24,000 bases of DNA from Ravibacter arvi (lineage in GTDB: Bacteria > Bacteroidota > Bacteroidia > Cytophagales > Spirosomataceae): assembly GCF_039540405.1 (NCBI RefSeq), contig NZ_BAABEY010000001.1, positions 5,493 through 29,492 of the forward strand, given 5' to 3'. The translations under genes and the position numbers were made by a program. The first letter of the stretch is position 1; each line of letters begins with the position of its first letter. Below the pieces are notes generated by a model. That model did not search any database. It saw only the letters and a program-made list of their open reading frames with translations, and was not told where the DNA came from. Positions 1-10,620 of the stretch are shown here, in pieces.

Positions 1-46
1 AATTAAATATCCGGTAGTAAGGAGTCACATTTTAAAACTTCAAATA

Positions 47-3000
47 ATGAAAAGGCAATTTTCCTCCACATTGTATCTATTCCTACTGCTTTTAGCGTAT
101 ATGGATGTCTACGCTCAAACATTCACCCTCGCTACTCCTGCTGGCAGTGACACGTATGGGACGAGCATCACCGTTCTTACAAATGGCAATTACGTGATCG
201 CCGACCCCACCTGGCGCCACCCTTCCAATAACTATCGGGTCGGAGCTGTATACTTGTACAGCGGAAAAACTCATGCGCTGATCAGCACACTTACCGGTGA
301 GTATAATGATGACAGGGTGGGATCCGGTGGAGTGGTGGCGCTAAGTAACGGTAATTATGTTGTACTCAGCCCCAATCGGAATGGCGGTACAGGTGCTGCA
401 ACCTGGGGGAATGGCACGACAGGTATTTCCGGTATCGTAGGTTCCTGGAACTCCCTGATCGGAACTAACACTTCTGACAGAATTGGATCCAAGGGTTGTG
501 TTGCCCTGAGCAATGGCAATTATCTGATAATCAGCCCAAATTGGAAAAATGGTTCCGCCAGTAATGCCGGAGCAGTCACATGGGGCAGCGGCACCACGGG
601 TATTTCCGGTATAGTAGGGCCTGACAACTCCCTGGTGGGTAGTACGTCCGGGGATTTAGTTGGCAATGACGGTTCTATCCAGTTAAGTAACGGAAATTAT
701 GTCGTAGTTAGTAATACCTGGGACAATGGCCCCGCCACGGATGCAGGCGCGGTTACTTGGGGTGACGGCACAAATGGTATTTCCGGCGTCGTGGGTATTA
801 CCAATTCGTTGGTAGGAAGCAGTGCAAACGACAGGATTGGCCATAATCCTGGTGGAACCGGAACTCCGAGTGTTATTATTTTAAATAATGGTCATTACGT
901 AGTGCGAAGTCAAACCTGGGACAATGGCACTACTGCTGATGCTGGTGCAGTCACCTGGGGCAATGGTACTACGGGTATTTCCGGTATGGTAAGCCCAGGC
1001 AATTCCCTGGTAGGAAGTGCTGTTGGAGATAATGTCGGTAGGGTCATAATAGCGCTTGCCAATGGAAACTACGTAGTGTGCAGCAGTAATTGGGATCATG
1101 GCCCACTCACCGATGTTGGTGCTGTAACCTGGGGCGACGGTACCGCTGGCATTTCCGGTGCAGTGAGCTCGAGCAATTCCCTCGTAGGAAGTTCAGTTGG
1201 AGATAATGTAGGGAGCGGAGCGGTGGCCCTGACCAACGGAAATTATGTAGTAAGAAGCCCTTCCTGGAGAAATGGAGATATCGCTACAGCCGGCGCAGTG
1301 ACCTGGCGGCGGGGAGACATTGCCACCTCTGGTATTGTTAGCACTGCTAATTCACTGGTGGGAAGCACTGCCAGCGACTTGGTGGGTCTTGGTGTTGTAG
1401 CGTTGAGTAATGGTAACTATGTGGTAAGCAGTGAGCTTTGGAACAATGGAGATGCTTCAGCCGCCGGGGCAGCCACTTGGGGCAACGGTACTACCGGAAC
1501 CGTTGGCGTGGTGGGCTCTGACAACTCATTGGTGGGTGGTAAATATCTTGATAAAGTAGGCAAAATAGACCCTGTAACAGGTTTAGGGGTTATCGCGCTC
1601 AGTAACGGACATTATGTGGTCAGAAGTCCGGATTGGGATAACGGTGATGTGGAAGATGCGGGTGCGGTCGCTTGGGGCAATGGCATTACCGGTACCAGCG
1701 GCATCATCAATTCCAGTAATTCGTTAATCGGGAATACTGCCTATGACCGGATAGGAAACGTAACCAAAGGTGTAGTTGCCCTCAAAAATGGCAACTATTT
1801 GGTGAAAACACCCAATTGGGGCGCTGGTATCGCTTTTTCCGGAAGCGAAGGGTATGGTGCCGTAACTTGGGGAAACGGTAATGGCGGCACTACTGGTGTG
1901 ATCAACGCTACCAACTCTCTCATAGGCAGCAAAAATGGTGATAGGTTGGGAGAGGATTTTATAAGCGGAGAAGGTGTTACTATCTTGAATAACGGGGATT
2001 ACGTCGTGACCAGCCCCCGATGGGACAATGGCACACTCGGTCAGGTAGGGGCAGTCACCTGGGGGAATGGTACTACCGGTACTGTTGGACTCGTAAGCCC
2101 GGCCAATTCACTGGTTGGAAGTATTCCCGGGGAAATGGTAGGCTCCGGGGGCATAACTGCGCTCAGGGATGGCAATTATGTAGCAAAAAGTGCTGAATGG
2201 TCCAACTCGAGGGGTGCCCTTAGCCTTCTGGGGTATGGAGCCTTTGCCCTAACAGGCCCTATCAACACTTGTAATAGTGTAGTAGGTGGACAATATCAGG
2301 GGGTTCACTGGTCCGTCTTTGCTCATAATGAGGTACATGGATACCTGGTTGTCGGCTTCCCCCGGGAAAATAAAGTGGTGATTTACAACCGTCAAAATAT
2401 TAGTCTGGCTGTTTCCAGCACCAATACAGCGGCAACAATAAGCGGCAGCGGCAGGCTGCCCTTTACTGATTCTCAGTGCCAGCTTCTCCTGTCGCTCTCT
2501 GTTGAAGGTGCTTCTATGGGCAACACGCTCGCCAAAGTATGGATTGACGATACCCAAAACGCCGCGTATGTGAAACGGCACTATGAGATCACACCTGCAA
2601 CCAACACCACTACTTCTACCGCAAAAGTCACTTTGTATTTCACCCAAAGTGACTTTGACGATTTCAATCTTACGAATCAACTCAAGTTACCCGTCGGGGA
2701 AAACGACGCCGCCGGAAAAGCGAACTTACTTATTGAAAAAAGGCCGGGCAGCAGCACCGGAGACGGTACTCCTACCAGCTATAGCGGTACTCCTATCAAT
2801 ATCGACCCGGCCGATGAAGATATCGTTTGGAATTCAGAGCTCGATCGCTGGGAGGTGAGCTTTAACATAACTGGGTTCAGCGGTTTTTTTGTCAAGACCA
2901 CACCTTCTCCCTTACCCGTGACTTTAGTCGACTTCTCTGCCGAAAAACAGGAAAATACGGTCGTGCTACGGTGGCAAACTACCGTAGAAAGCAACAGCGA

Positions 3001-3460
3001 CCATTTTGAAATCCAACGCAGCAGCGACGCTCAAAAATGGACAGGAATCGGAAAGGTACAGGCAAAAGGCGAAAGCCAGGAGTTGACGGTCTATACATTT
3101 AATGACGGTCAACCGTTCCTGGCCGAACCGTCTCGTTCGGTCCTTTATTACCGGCTCAAAATAGCCGACAAGGATGCCAGCTCGGCTTACTCCCGTATCG
3201 CATCAGTTCGGATGGAAAATACTGCCACAATCATAATATACCCCAATCCGGCCATTGATGAAATTACCTTTAGTGGTTCAGTACATGTAAACGGCTACAG
3301 AATTCTCAATCCGGACGGACATACTATTTTGGAGAAACGCAATATAGACGTGATAAGTGGAAAAATAGCCTTACCCTTTTTACAAGCTGGATTGTACCAT
3401 CTGGAATTGTATGGAAAGGGAGGATATAGGCGCACCCACAAAATTGTGATCAGCCGTTAA
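47..3460 (+). CDS. Secreted repeat-rich (beta-propeller-like) surface protein with T9SS C-terminal sorting domain
   Basis: ATG at 47. The N-terminus MKRQFSSTLYLFLLLLAYMDVYAQ is signal-peptide-like. About 11 tandem ~60-aa units carry the recurring pattern SNGNYVV.S..W.NG...AGAVTWGNGTTGISG.V...NSLVGS..D.VG. The C-terminal ~75 aa (IIYPNPAIDEITF...GLYHLELYG...HKIVISR) fits the T9SS type A sorting domain pattern. Confidence 0.85.
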   Translation: MKRQFSSTLYLFLLLLAYMDVYAQTFTLATPAGSDTYGTSITVLTNGNYVIADPTWRHPSNNYRVGAVYLYSGKTHALISTLTGEYNDDRVGSGGVVALSNGNYVVLSPNRNGGTGAATWGNGTTGISGIVGSWNSLIGTNTSDRIGSKGCVALSNGNYLIISPNWKNGSASNAGAVTWGSGTTGISGIVGPDNSLVGSTSGDLVGNDGSIQLSNGNYVVVSNTWDNGPATDAGAVTWGDGTNGISGVVGITNSLVGSSANDRIGHNPGGTGTPSVIILNNGHYVVRSQTWDNGTTADAGAVTWGNGTTGISGMVSPGNSLVGSAVGDNVGRVIIALANGNYVVCSSNWDHGPLTDVGAVTWGDGTAGISGAVSSSNSLVGSSVGDNVGSGAVALTNGNYVVRSPSWRNGDIATAGAVTWRRGDIATSGIVSTANSLVGSTASDLVGLGVVALSNGNYVVSSELWNNGDASAAGAATWGNGTTGTVGVVGSDNSLVGGKYLDKVGKIDPVTGLGVIALSNGHYVVRSPDWDNGDVEDAGAVAWGNGITGTSGIINSSNSLIGNTAYDRIGNVTKGVVALKNGNYLVKTPNWGAGIAFSGSEGYGAVTWGNGNGGTTGVINATNSLIGSKNGDRLGEDFISGEGVTILNNGDYVVTSPRWDNGTLGQVGAVTWGNGTTGTVGLVSPANSLVGSIPGEMVGSGGITALRDGNYVAKSAEWSNSRGALSLLGYGAFALTGPINTCNSVVGGQYQGVHWSVFAHNEVHGYLVVGFPRENKVVIYNRQNISLAVSSTNTAATISGSGRLPFTDSQCQLLLSLSVEGASMGNTLAKVWIDDTQNAAYVKRHYEITPATNTTTSTAKVTLYFTQSDFDDFNLTNQLKLPVGENDAAGKANLLIEKRPGSSTGDGTPTSYSGTPINIDPADEDIVWNSELDRWEVSFNITGFSGFFVKTTPSPLPVTLVDFSAEKQENTVVLRWQTTVESNSDHFEIQRSSDAQKWTGIGKVQAKGESQELTVYTFNDGQPFLAEPSRSVLYYRLKIADKDASSAYSRIASVRMENTATIIIYPNPAIDEITFSGSVHVNGYRILNPDGHTILEKRNIDVISGKIALPFLQAGLYHLELYGKGGYRRTHKIVISR
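179..2230 (+). repeat. Intragenic tandem repeat, ~180-bp (~60-aa) period, about 11 units
   Basis: The (A/T)W(G/R)xG...NSL(V/I)G...NGNY(V/L)V motif recurs at regular ~60-residue spacing through residues ~45-715 of the 1137-aa ORF. Boundaries are approximate. Confidence 0.7.
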
Positions 3461-3522
3461 CAGGCAATTCGCTGTGTGTAACTTATTTTCAAATCCTATC
3501 TATCCATTTAACACTTTTGACT

Positions 3523-5964
3523 ATGAAGAACCTCCTCTTTACAATTTGTCTGGCAGGAATGGTCGCCCTGAATAACGCTTCAGCTGAAACGTTTCCAGTA
3601 AGGTTGGCAGTTGTTTATATGGATGTACCACCGGGACAAAGTGAATCACAGAAAGTTATTGCGAATCTGAAGCTGAAAAGCATACACGATGGCTATCCAA
3701 AATATTCTGCGAATGCAATAGGATTTTTCCCAGAGAGAGAGCTCTATTTTGACGGGACGCGATGGGTTTTTGTCGAGAAACCTCTTTCCGGGCCTGATAT
3801 TGTCAAATGTCATAACTCTTCAGTGTCGATACGGCCTCCCACCGGGCGATGGACGAATTGCGTCTCGGTGTCTGTAGATGGCGAACAGATGTGCACGCCT
3901 CCCGAGCTTGTCGTTGAAATCAAGCGTTATACGCCTCTGGAGCAGCATGACGGTTATTATCTGACACTGGTTTCCAAATTAAATGGCACCGATGATACCA
4001 AGGCATCTTTCACATGGCTGCCCGGAGGGAAAACAGGTGAGAGCATCGAGGTACATGTTGATAAGCCAACCATTTATACTGCAACTGCCCTGCTAACCGG
4101 GTCTTGCGAAGGACTTTTAGAGATTTCTCAAACTATTCAGGTTCCGCCCCCTACCCCGGGATTGATGGCTGACGCAGGAAAAGACAATCTGGAATATTGT
4201 GGCACCAGATTACGCCTTCAAGCAAACAATCCACCTTTAGGTTGTAGCGGGTATTGGTTCGGTTCGCGATCGGAAGTGCAGGCGTTTTCGGATGACAGAG
4301 CCCCTGATTCTTTCTTTACCGGCGCTCCCGGCGAGTCGTATTCCCTGCTTTGGTATCTGACCGATGGGTATTATTCAAGTAAGGACGAAGTAATGATTTC
4401 GTTTAATAAATACAAGGCTGACGCCGGACCAGATCAGGTCGGGACTACATGCGGACCGATAGTTCTTACCGGAAATGTGAATGAGTTTGGGGTTAAAACC
4501 AAGTGGCGTATAATTAACGGTTTAGGTGGAAACCTTGAAAACGATAGCGATTTTCAAACCAAGTTTATCGGGTTCAATAACAATACATATATAATTAGGT
4601 TTACGGTTTTTGCTGATTTCTGCGTTACGGAGGATGACATAACTGTTCAATATAAAGAAAAACCATCAATTGCGTCGGCCGGTCCGGATCAACTTAAAGC
4701 GGACAAGTGTGATCTGCCCATTATTGGTCTTGCAGCCGACCAGCCACTTATCGGATTTGGCGAGTGGAGCATTGTGTCGGGTAGTGGCGGCAGTTTTACG
4801 GATCGTTCCAACCCGGCCTCGGTCTTCAAAGGAGCACCCGGTACAGCCTATGTTTTGAAATGGTCGACCACAAATCCCCCCTGTGAAGCATCCCATGATG
4901 AAGCAACTGTGAGTATTGGAAACATACCCGCTTTGTCTGTCAATGCAGATGCACAGCAAGCATTTGTTGGTGATAATATTGATTATAACCTCATCACACC
5001 GGAGTGTCGTATTATTGCGACCGTCAATGGAGTCGATCTTACGGATGGCATCAATCCTTTTTACGGGAGGGTTACGATTGACAATTCTGTTCTTAATTAT
5101 GCCGGGCAACCTTGTTTGCAACGACATTTTCAATTTACAACCGGCAATAGCGCTGCTACAGCTGACGTCATACTCTACGTGAATAAAAGCGAAATGATGG
5201 CTTTCAATGCATCCAGTACCAAAAAGCTACCTGTTGACCCCTCCGATGACAAGAGTAATTTGCGAGTTTGGCAATGGCATGAAGCGAGTGCAACCGGTCC
5301 GCCTGACAAGACAATTGACCCGGATGACAATGATATCGAATGGGATGAGATGCTGGGGGCCTGGAAGATAAAATTTCCTGTCTCAGGGTTCTCATCATTT
5401 TATCTCACGGCCGAAAACGCGGCGCCGCTACCGGTCACTTTGGTCAGTTTCTCAGCAGGGCAAAATGAAAAGGGTGTGACGCTCTTCTGGCAGACCACCG
5501 AAGAAATCAACAGCGATCATTTCGAAATCCAACGCAGCAGTGATGCCAGAAATTGGACCGGTATTGGAAAGATACAGGCAAAAGGTGAAAGTCGTGGAGT
5601 AACAACCTATTCATTCATCGACAGCAATCCGGCGCCAGGTTTCGCTCCTACCTATTACAGGCTCAAAATAACAGACCGAGATGCCACCTTCATCTATTCC
5701 CGTATTATATCAATTTCGGTGGAAAATAATCCCACAATTACAGTTTTTCCAAATCCTGCGAGTCATATGGCTACTATTCGGAGCGCGGAGCCGATTTCAG
5801 GCTATGAACTGTTTTCCGGAAATGGAATGATGATAAAAGGGATGGGAATGCGAACCGCTCGCAATACGGAAATTAATCTGAGCTTTGTTCCTGCTGGTTT
5901 ATACCTGCTCAGACTCAAGTTTGAAAACGGGGAAACCGTCTATAGAAAACTGGTGGTTGAGTGA
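3523..5964 (+). CDS. Secreted adhesin-like protein with three ~85-aa ADAG.D-type repeats and a T9SS C-terminal sorting domain
   Basis: The ORF opens at a TTG (3517). The first ATG at 3523 gives MKNLLFTICLAGMVALNNASAE, which is signal-like. Three repeats begin ADAGKDN / ADAGPDQ / ASAGPDQ and end in G(A)PG..Y.L.W. The C-terminal ~270 aa are paralogous to the previous protein (PLPVTLVSFSA...HFEIQRSSDARNWTGIGKIQAKGES...YYRLKI.DRD) and end in VFPNPA...GLYLLRL...RKLVVE. Confidence 0.85.
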   Translation: MKNLLFTICLAGMVALNNASAETFPVRLAVVYMDVPPGQSESQKVIANLKLKSIHDGYPKYSANAIGFFPERELYFDGTRWVFVEKPLSGPDIVKCHNSSVSIRPPTGRWTNCVSVSVDGEQMCTPPELVVEIKRYTPLEQHDGYYLTLVSKLNGTDDTKASFTWLPGGKTGESIEVHVDKPTIYTATALLTGSCEGLLEISQTIQVPPPTPGLMADAGKDNLEYCGTRLRLQANNPPLGCSGYWFGSRSEVQAFSDDRAPDSFFTGAPGESYSLLWYLTDGYYSSKDEVMISFNKYKADAGPDQVGTTCGPIVLTGNVNEFGVKTKWRIINGLGGNLENDSDFQTKFIGFNNNTYIIRFTVFADFCVTEDDITVQYKEKPSIASAGPDQLKADKCDLPIIGLAADQPLIGFGEWSIVSGSGGSFTDRSNPASVFKGAPGTAYVLKWSTTNPPCEASHDEATVSIGNIPALSVNADAQQAFVGDNIDYNLITPECRIIATVNGVDLTDGINPFYGRVTIDNSVLNYAGQPCLQRHFQFTTGNSAATADVILYVNKSEMMAFNASSTKKLPVDPSDDKSNLRVWQWHEASATGPPDKTIDPDDNDIEWDEMLGAWKIKFPVSGFSSFYLTAENAAPLPVTLVSFSAGQNEKGVTLFWQTTEEINSDHFEIQRSSDARNWTGIGKIQAKGESRGVTTYSFIDSNPAPGFAPTYYRLKITDRDATFIYSRIISISVENNPTITVFPNPASHMATIRSAEPISGYELFSGNGMMIKGMGMRTARNTEINLSFVPAGLYLLRLKFENGETVYRKLVVE

Positions 5965-6157
5965 ACAGGCTCGGCCCGTAGAATACAGGTCTGTTTATGC
6001 GGAAAATAAAATATAAAATGGAGCTGGTTTGGCTAATGATATCGCTACTAGCCATTCTTTTAGCCATTATCGGCCTGTTGATGACATAAGGTTTTGAAAG
6101 CCAGTATTGCAAGTTCGATATCAAATATGTAGTTTTCCTCCTAACTCATACTTCTCT

Positions 6158-6775
6158 ATGAATCGTGTACTCGTGGTCGATGATCATCGGATTTTTACAG
6201 ACGGAATCTGTTTCCTGATCGGGCATACGACTGATCTGGAAGTAGCAGGAGCCCTGCATCAGGGCAAAGACGTACTCCCTTTTCTTGTGGGTCGTAAAGT
6301 CGACATTCTGTTGCTGGATATCGACATGCCGGATCAGTCCGGCTTTGACATTGCAAAAGCCGTAAAACAGCACTATCCCCACATAAAAATACTCGCACTT
6401 TCTATGATTGATGACGTCATTTCCATGGAAAGGATGTACAGCATTGGCGCAGACGGTTATTGCATCAAAAGTAGCGGTCGGGAGGAGGTTTTCAAGGGAA
6501 TGCGGGTCGTTCTCGGGGGCGCTGCATTCTGGCCTGCTGCTTTTAAGAGTTTATTATCGAAGCAAACGGAAAAATTGGAAAAGTATCTGTTGAGCAAACG
6601 TGAAACAGAAATAATTCAATTGATCTGCGAAGGTGTTACTTCATTTGAAATCGCCCAAAAGCTGTACTTGAGCGTCCGGACAGTCGAGACACATAGGAAG
6701 AATATCTATCGCAAACTGGGTGTGCATAATAATATGGAACTGGCCAATTATGCACGTAAACGACTGGATCTTTAA
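6158..6775 (+). CDS. Two-component response regulator, NarL/FixJ (LuxR HTH) family
   Basis: The ATG at 6158 gives MNRVLVVDDHRIF, a receiver domain with phospho-acceptor context ILLLDIDMPD. The C-terminal LuxR HTH reads LSKRETEIIQLICEGVTSFEIAQKLYLSVRTVETHRKNIYRKLGV. The longer ORF start at 6107 adds a non-conserved leader. Confidence 0.9.
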   Translation: MNRVLVVDDHRIFTDGICFLIGHTTDLEVAGALHQGKDVLPFLVGRKVDILLLDIDMPDQSGFDIAKAVKQHYPHIKILALSMIDDVISMERMYSIGADGYCIKSSGREEVFKGMRVVLGGAAFWPAAFKSLLSKQTEKLEKYLLSKRETEIIQLICEGVTSFEIAQKLYLSVRTVETHRKNIYRKLGVHNNMELANYARKRLDL

Positions 6776-6791
6776 ACTCAATACCGAATTG

Positions 6792-9700
6792 ATGCGCTGC
6801 TCCGTCGTATGGCTGATCTGGCTTTTGACCACGTTTCATGTTAACGGGCAACATACAACGGACATTGCGTCCGTTCCATCCCAAAATCATTTCTTTTTTG
6901 AGCATTTTTCCCAGGAAAGCGGGCTTTCGCAGGGTACGGTGTATGCCATCAGTAACTATGACGGTTATATGTGGTTTGGTACACAGGATGGATTGAACAG
7001 ATTTGACGGGCATGTTTTCAAGACGTTCAGGGCTGGAAGGAGCTCTGGAAACTCCTTGAATAACAACTGGATTCAGACACTTCTGGCTGATAGCCAAGGC
7101 CGTCTCTGGATTGGTACGCAGGAGGGGCTCTGCTTGTATGAGGCACGAAAAGACCGTTTTCAAAGGTTCTCAAGCGTTGTAAAGAAAAATCACCCGGTCG
7201 ATTCCGTCTCGGTGAAAAAGCTGCTAGAAGACCGAAGCGGCAATATCTGGATAATGACCGGTGGGCAAGGACTTTTTTGTCTCTATGTCTCCAGCGGTAA
7301 AGTGGTTTCGTATATGCAGGAAAGTGATAAACTCTACGATTTCTGTCTCGCCCCCGACGGAACGGTGTGGCTGTCGACCTATGACGAGGTGTACCGCTAT
7401 GATGCTAAAAATGATCTCTTCAAAACTACTGGTATCAGGAAGAAACTGAACAAGTATCTCTCCGCGAAGTCGCTAATCCAATCCATTTTCGTGGATTCAA
7501 AAGAAAATCTCTGGGTTGGAACCTATCAGGAGGGTTTGTTTAGGCTTGACAATCCTTTGGAAAGGGGCAGGGTTTCGCATTATGTCAAAGGCACAAGTAA
7601 TAAGAATATTGCCGGCAATGAAATACGCGATTTTTTGGAAGACCGTAATGGCAGGGTATGGATGGGGGTTAAGGATGCAGGGATATCAGTGTTTAATTAT
7701 TCAGACGAGACGTTCGAACACGCTACCGGAGATGAAGTGCGCAGTTTATATGAAGATCATCAGGGAATTATCTGGCTTGGTCTGAGCTACAACGGCGTTA
7801 ATAAATATGATCCGGCCAAACATGTGTTTAAATTTATTCGAAAGCGGGAAAGTCAGTATCAGAATGGTTCTGTTTATACTATTTATGGAAAAGGCGAGAA
7901 TTTGTACATCGGAACTGCCAACAGGTTGATGATTTACCCCATCGGCGCACGTCAATCTGACAATGATCGTGGTCATCGCTTGTCAGGTGTAAATTTCGAA
8001 GTCTATAATATCTCCGAAGACAACCTAGGAAACCTGTGGATTGTATCAACCGATAAAGGTTTATACCGATTCGATGATAAAAGAGGCTACGTGCCTTACT
8101 CAAACGTAAGTGGCGCAGACCGGTTGCAATATTTTCTATATGCAGTTAAGGCACTGAAGAGTATTCCCGAAGTATGGGTAGGCGGACACCGAGGGCTGGA
8201 GAGGTTTGATTTGAAAACACTTAAGTGGAGGGATTGGGATGAAATGCCTCAGATCAAAACGGCAGCGAATTATACTGTTAGAATGATCTATGAGGATTCA
8301 GAACAAAACGTGTGGTTGGGAACGTTAGGTCATGGGTTGGTTTGCTACGACCCGAAAAAAAAGAAGCTCACTGTTTTCGATAAGAAAAACGGGCTTGTAT
8401 GTGATAACATTCGAAGTGTATTACAGGATGGCACTCTCCTGTGGGTGGGGACAGATTGCGGGCTTTTTTTACTTGATATGAAGCGACTCCGGGTAATGTC
8501 ACACTATTCCGAAACGACGTCTGCTCCTTTTAACTTACCTAATGAGGTCGTCTACAGTATCTTGAAGGAACCGGAAGGTGATCTATGGCTTAGCAGCAAC
8601 AAGGGACTCGCGAAATTTTCGCCAAAGAAGGGAGTTCTTAAAACCTACGATGTTACAGACGGTTTGCAAAGTAATGAATTCAATACCAACTGCGCCTATA
8701 AACACACCGACGGAACAATGTATTTCGGAGGAGTAAACGGCATCTCCTATTTTAATCCGAAGGAGCTTAGAACCAATACGTTTGTCCCTCCTGTTAAAAT
8801 TACGGGTATCACTGTATCCGACAGCTCGTATTCACCTAACCTCGAATTCATAACGCTTCCCTACGACCGAAACTTCGTTACCTTCGAGTTTGTCGCACTC
8901 AATTTTTCCAACACAAAAAAGAATCAATACCGATACCGCATGGAAGGTGTCGATCCCAAATGGGTACAGGCAGGTAGTCGAAGGTCTGCCAACTACACGA
9001 ACCTGCAGCCGGGTAAATATATCTTCAGGGTTACAGGCAGCAATAACGACGAAGTTTGGAATAAAAAGGGGATTTCTGTGCGACTTACAATCCTGCCGCC
9101 GTGGTGGGCGACCTGGTGGTTTAAATCTGTATTGATATTGATGCTGGTCAGTGGTGTTTACGGATTGTTTAAATACCGGCTTGCTCAACAAATACAACAA
9201 CGTGAAGCCGAGATACGAGGCTCGCTAATGGCCCAGGAAGCCGAACGACAACGGTTTTCACGTGAGCTTCACGACGGTGTCGGAGCCAATCTTTCGCTTT
9301 TAAAAATGTACCTATCTTCGTTCGGCGACGCCGATATTCCCTTGGCTGAACTGAAAGAACGTTCAGAAAAGCTGTTGGCGGGCTCAGTAGATGAAATCCG
9401 CCGACTGATTCATGACATGCACCCCAGAAACCTTGGATCGTTGGGGTTGGTTAAAGCAACCAATGAAATGGTACAGCTTGTAAATCTTGGCAATCAACGA
9501 CAGGTCATTTTCAGAGTAGAAAATGTTCCTGATCATTTGCCTGAGGTCGTAGAGATTAATCTTTTCCGAATCATCCAGGAGCTCCTACAAAATGCAATAA
9601 AGCACTCCGAAGCACAAACGGTATGGTTGGATTTGCAATTTACTAACCAAAAACTAAGCCTTTCTTACAAGGACAACGGAAAAGGTTTTGATACCTCGTC

Positions 9701-9827
9701 ACCTACACAGGGAAATGGATTGTTGAATATACGGAACCGGGCGACGCTATTGAAAAGTGAGCTCCACGTAAGTTCTGAAGTCGATAAAGGCACTTTCCTC
9801 CAGATATCTTTACCGTTATCTTTATAG
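6792..9827 (+). CDS. Sensor histidine kinase with periplasmic two-component-regulator propeller repeats and a Y_Y_Y domain, one TM, HisKA_3 and HATPase_c
   Basis: The ATG at 6792 lies 17 nt after the regulator stop and gives MRCSVVWLIWLLTTFHVNGQ, which is signal/TM-like. W.GT..GL propeller repeats recur. The Y_Y_Y motif is NQYRYRMEGVDPKWVQAGSRRSANYTNLQPGKYIFRV, the TM is WWATWWFKSVLILMLVSGVYGLF and the H-box is ERQRFSRELHDGVGANLS. C-terminal ATPase motifs are present (QELLQNAIKHS, DNGKGF, GNGLLNIRNR). Confidence 0.9.
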   Translation: MRCSVVWLIWLLTTFHVNGQHTTDIASVPSQNHFFFEHFSQESGLSQGTVYAISNYDGYMWFGTQDGLNRFDGHVFKTFRAGRSSGNSLNNNWIQTLLADSQGRLWIGTQEGLCLYEARKDRFQRFSSVVKKNHPVDSVSVKKLLEDRSGNIWIMTGGQGLFCLYVSSGKVVSYMQESDKLYDFCLAPDGTVWLSTYDEVYRYDAKNDLFKTTGIRKKLNKYLSAKSLIQSIFVDSKENLWVGTYQEGLFRLDNPLERGRVSHYVKGTSNKNIAGNEIRDFLEDRNGRVWMGVKDAGISVFNYSDETFEHATGDEVRSLYEDHQGIIWLGLSYNGVNKYDPAKHVFKFIRKRESQYQNGSVYTIYGKGENLYIGTANRLMIYPIGARQSDNDRGHRLSGVNFEVYNISEDNLGNLWIVSTDKGLYRFDDKRGYVPYSNVSGADRLQYFLYAVKALKSIPEVWVGGHRGLERFDLKTLKWRDWDEMPQIKTAANYTVRMIYEDSEQNVWLGTLGHGLVCYDPKKKKLTVFDKKNGLVCDNIRSVLQDGTLLWVGTDCGLFLLDMKRLRVMSHYSETTSAPFNLPNEVVYSILKEPEGDLWLSSNKGLAKFSPKKGVLKTYDVTDGLQSNEFNTNCAYKHTDGTMYFGGVNGISYFNPKELRTNTFVPPVKITGITVSDSSYSPNLEFITLPYDRNFVTFEFVALNFSNTKKNQYRYRMEGVDPKWVQAGSRRSANYTNLQPGKYIFRVTGSNNDEVWNKKGISVRLTILPPWWATWWFKSVLILMLVSGVYGLFKYRLAQQIQQREAEIRGSLMAQEAERQRFSRELHDGVGANLSLLKMYLSSFGDADIPLAELKERSEKLLAGSVDEIRRLIHDMHPRNLGSLGLVKATNEMVQLVNLGNQRQVIFRVENVPDHLPEVVEINLFRIIQELLQNAIKHSEAQTVWLDLQFTNQKLSLSYKDNGKGFDTSSPTQGNGLLNIRNRATLLKSELHVSSEVDKGTFLQISLPLSL

Positions 9828-10620
9828 TTACGGAAATACGCTCTAAACTGGACAGCTATTAAAAATTGTAACTGGATCAGTTGTGATTTATCAAATACTC
9901 CACACTCACATATATTTTGTTTCATACTGATCCACCAAAAGCAGCGCTTCATATTCATGCAGTGAAAAGCTTGTGGTCCGGATGATCCAACCCCCGTCGT
10001 AAGGCGCAGGGTTAAGCAAAGCAGATTGATAAATCAGGGCCTGATTTGTCTTAAACCCCTATAAAGAGGACAGATTATTCAAAAAGTTCAGCTAGTTCCA
10101 TCTCGTCATCCCGGGCAGCTGTGAGGCAAAGATAGGCCGGTGGGCTGTCGTTGTCAAGGCTGTACGAAGCGGACCCCTGGCACGTATCTTGGCGGTCCGG
10201 CATATTTGTCTGTCAGCAGAAAACCATGGGTATGGCCACGAGCATCCTCAATAAAGACCCTCGCGAGGGGCCTAGCGCCAATATTTGCTAAGAAATGAAC
10301 TGATGCAGAGGAATGGCAAAAAGGGGTTCCAGAATGCATGGCGAAATGAATGCTCCCGGGGTTACCGATGAGTTTTTCTAAATTAACAGTGGCTTATCAA
10401 AAAGCGCGTACCGGGGTATACAATAGCATCAGTTCATTATTCAGGCGCTTTCGTTTCAACGACTGCTCGATTATCTATCGGATTGGTTAATTTCAGTTGA
10501 CTGCGCCATTCTGTCAAAAAAAGATAAAATGGAATCAAATGTTCGATAGAGATTTCTTTCTCTCTACTCATGGTGTTGTAAATGAGTGAGTTATAAATAA
10601 ACTACACTTTCTTACACACA

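Noticed and set aside
2249-2680. Antisense or overlapping ORFs inside long genes (also 4666-5133, 6636-7163, 8832-9200, 15756-16196, 20600-20920, 21871-22176 and similar)
   Set aside because: They overlap strongly supported genes on the opposite strand or frame, have no motifs and show skewed composition. They are treated as spurious.
6107-6157. Longer N-terminal extensions given by the ORF track (6107, 6720, 3517, 12095, 14199, 15720, 15750)
   Set aside because: Most are non-ATG or upstream starts that add non-conserved leaders or overlap the preceding gene or the palindromic sites. The downstream ATGs give canonical family N-termini or signal peptides.
10178-10193. Sigma-54-like promoter TGGCAC-GTATC-TTGGC, relevant because rtcBA is sigma-54-dependent in enterobacteria
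   Set aside because: The -12 element is off consensus (TTGGC rather than TTGC(A/T)). It lies on the plus strand with no downstream gene. It is over 1 kb from the cassette and on the wrong strand.
10154-10400. Minus-strand ORF with metallophosphoesterase-like motifs (GNPGS ... GHTHG)
   Set aside because: The motifs are in the wrong order for the calcineurin-like fold, where GHTH precedes NPGS. The ORF is short and has no other motifs. At best it is an unrecognisable gene relic.
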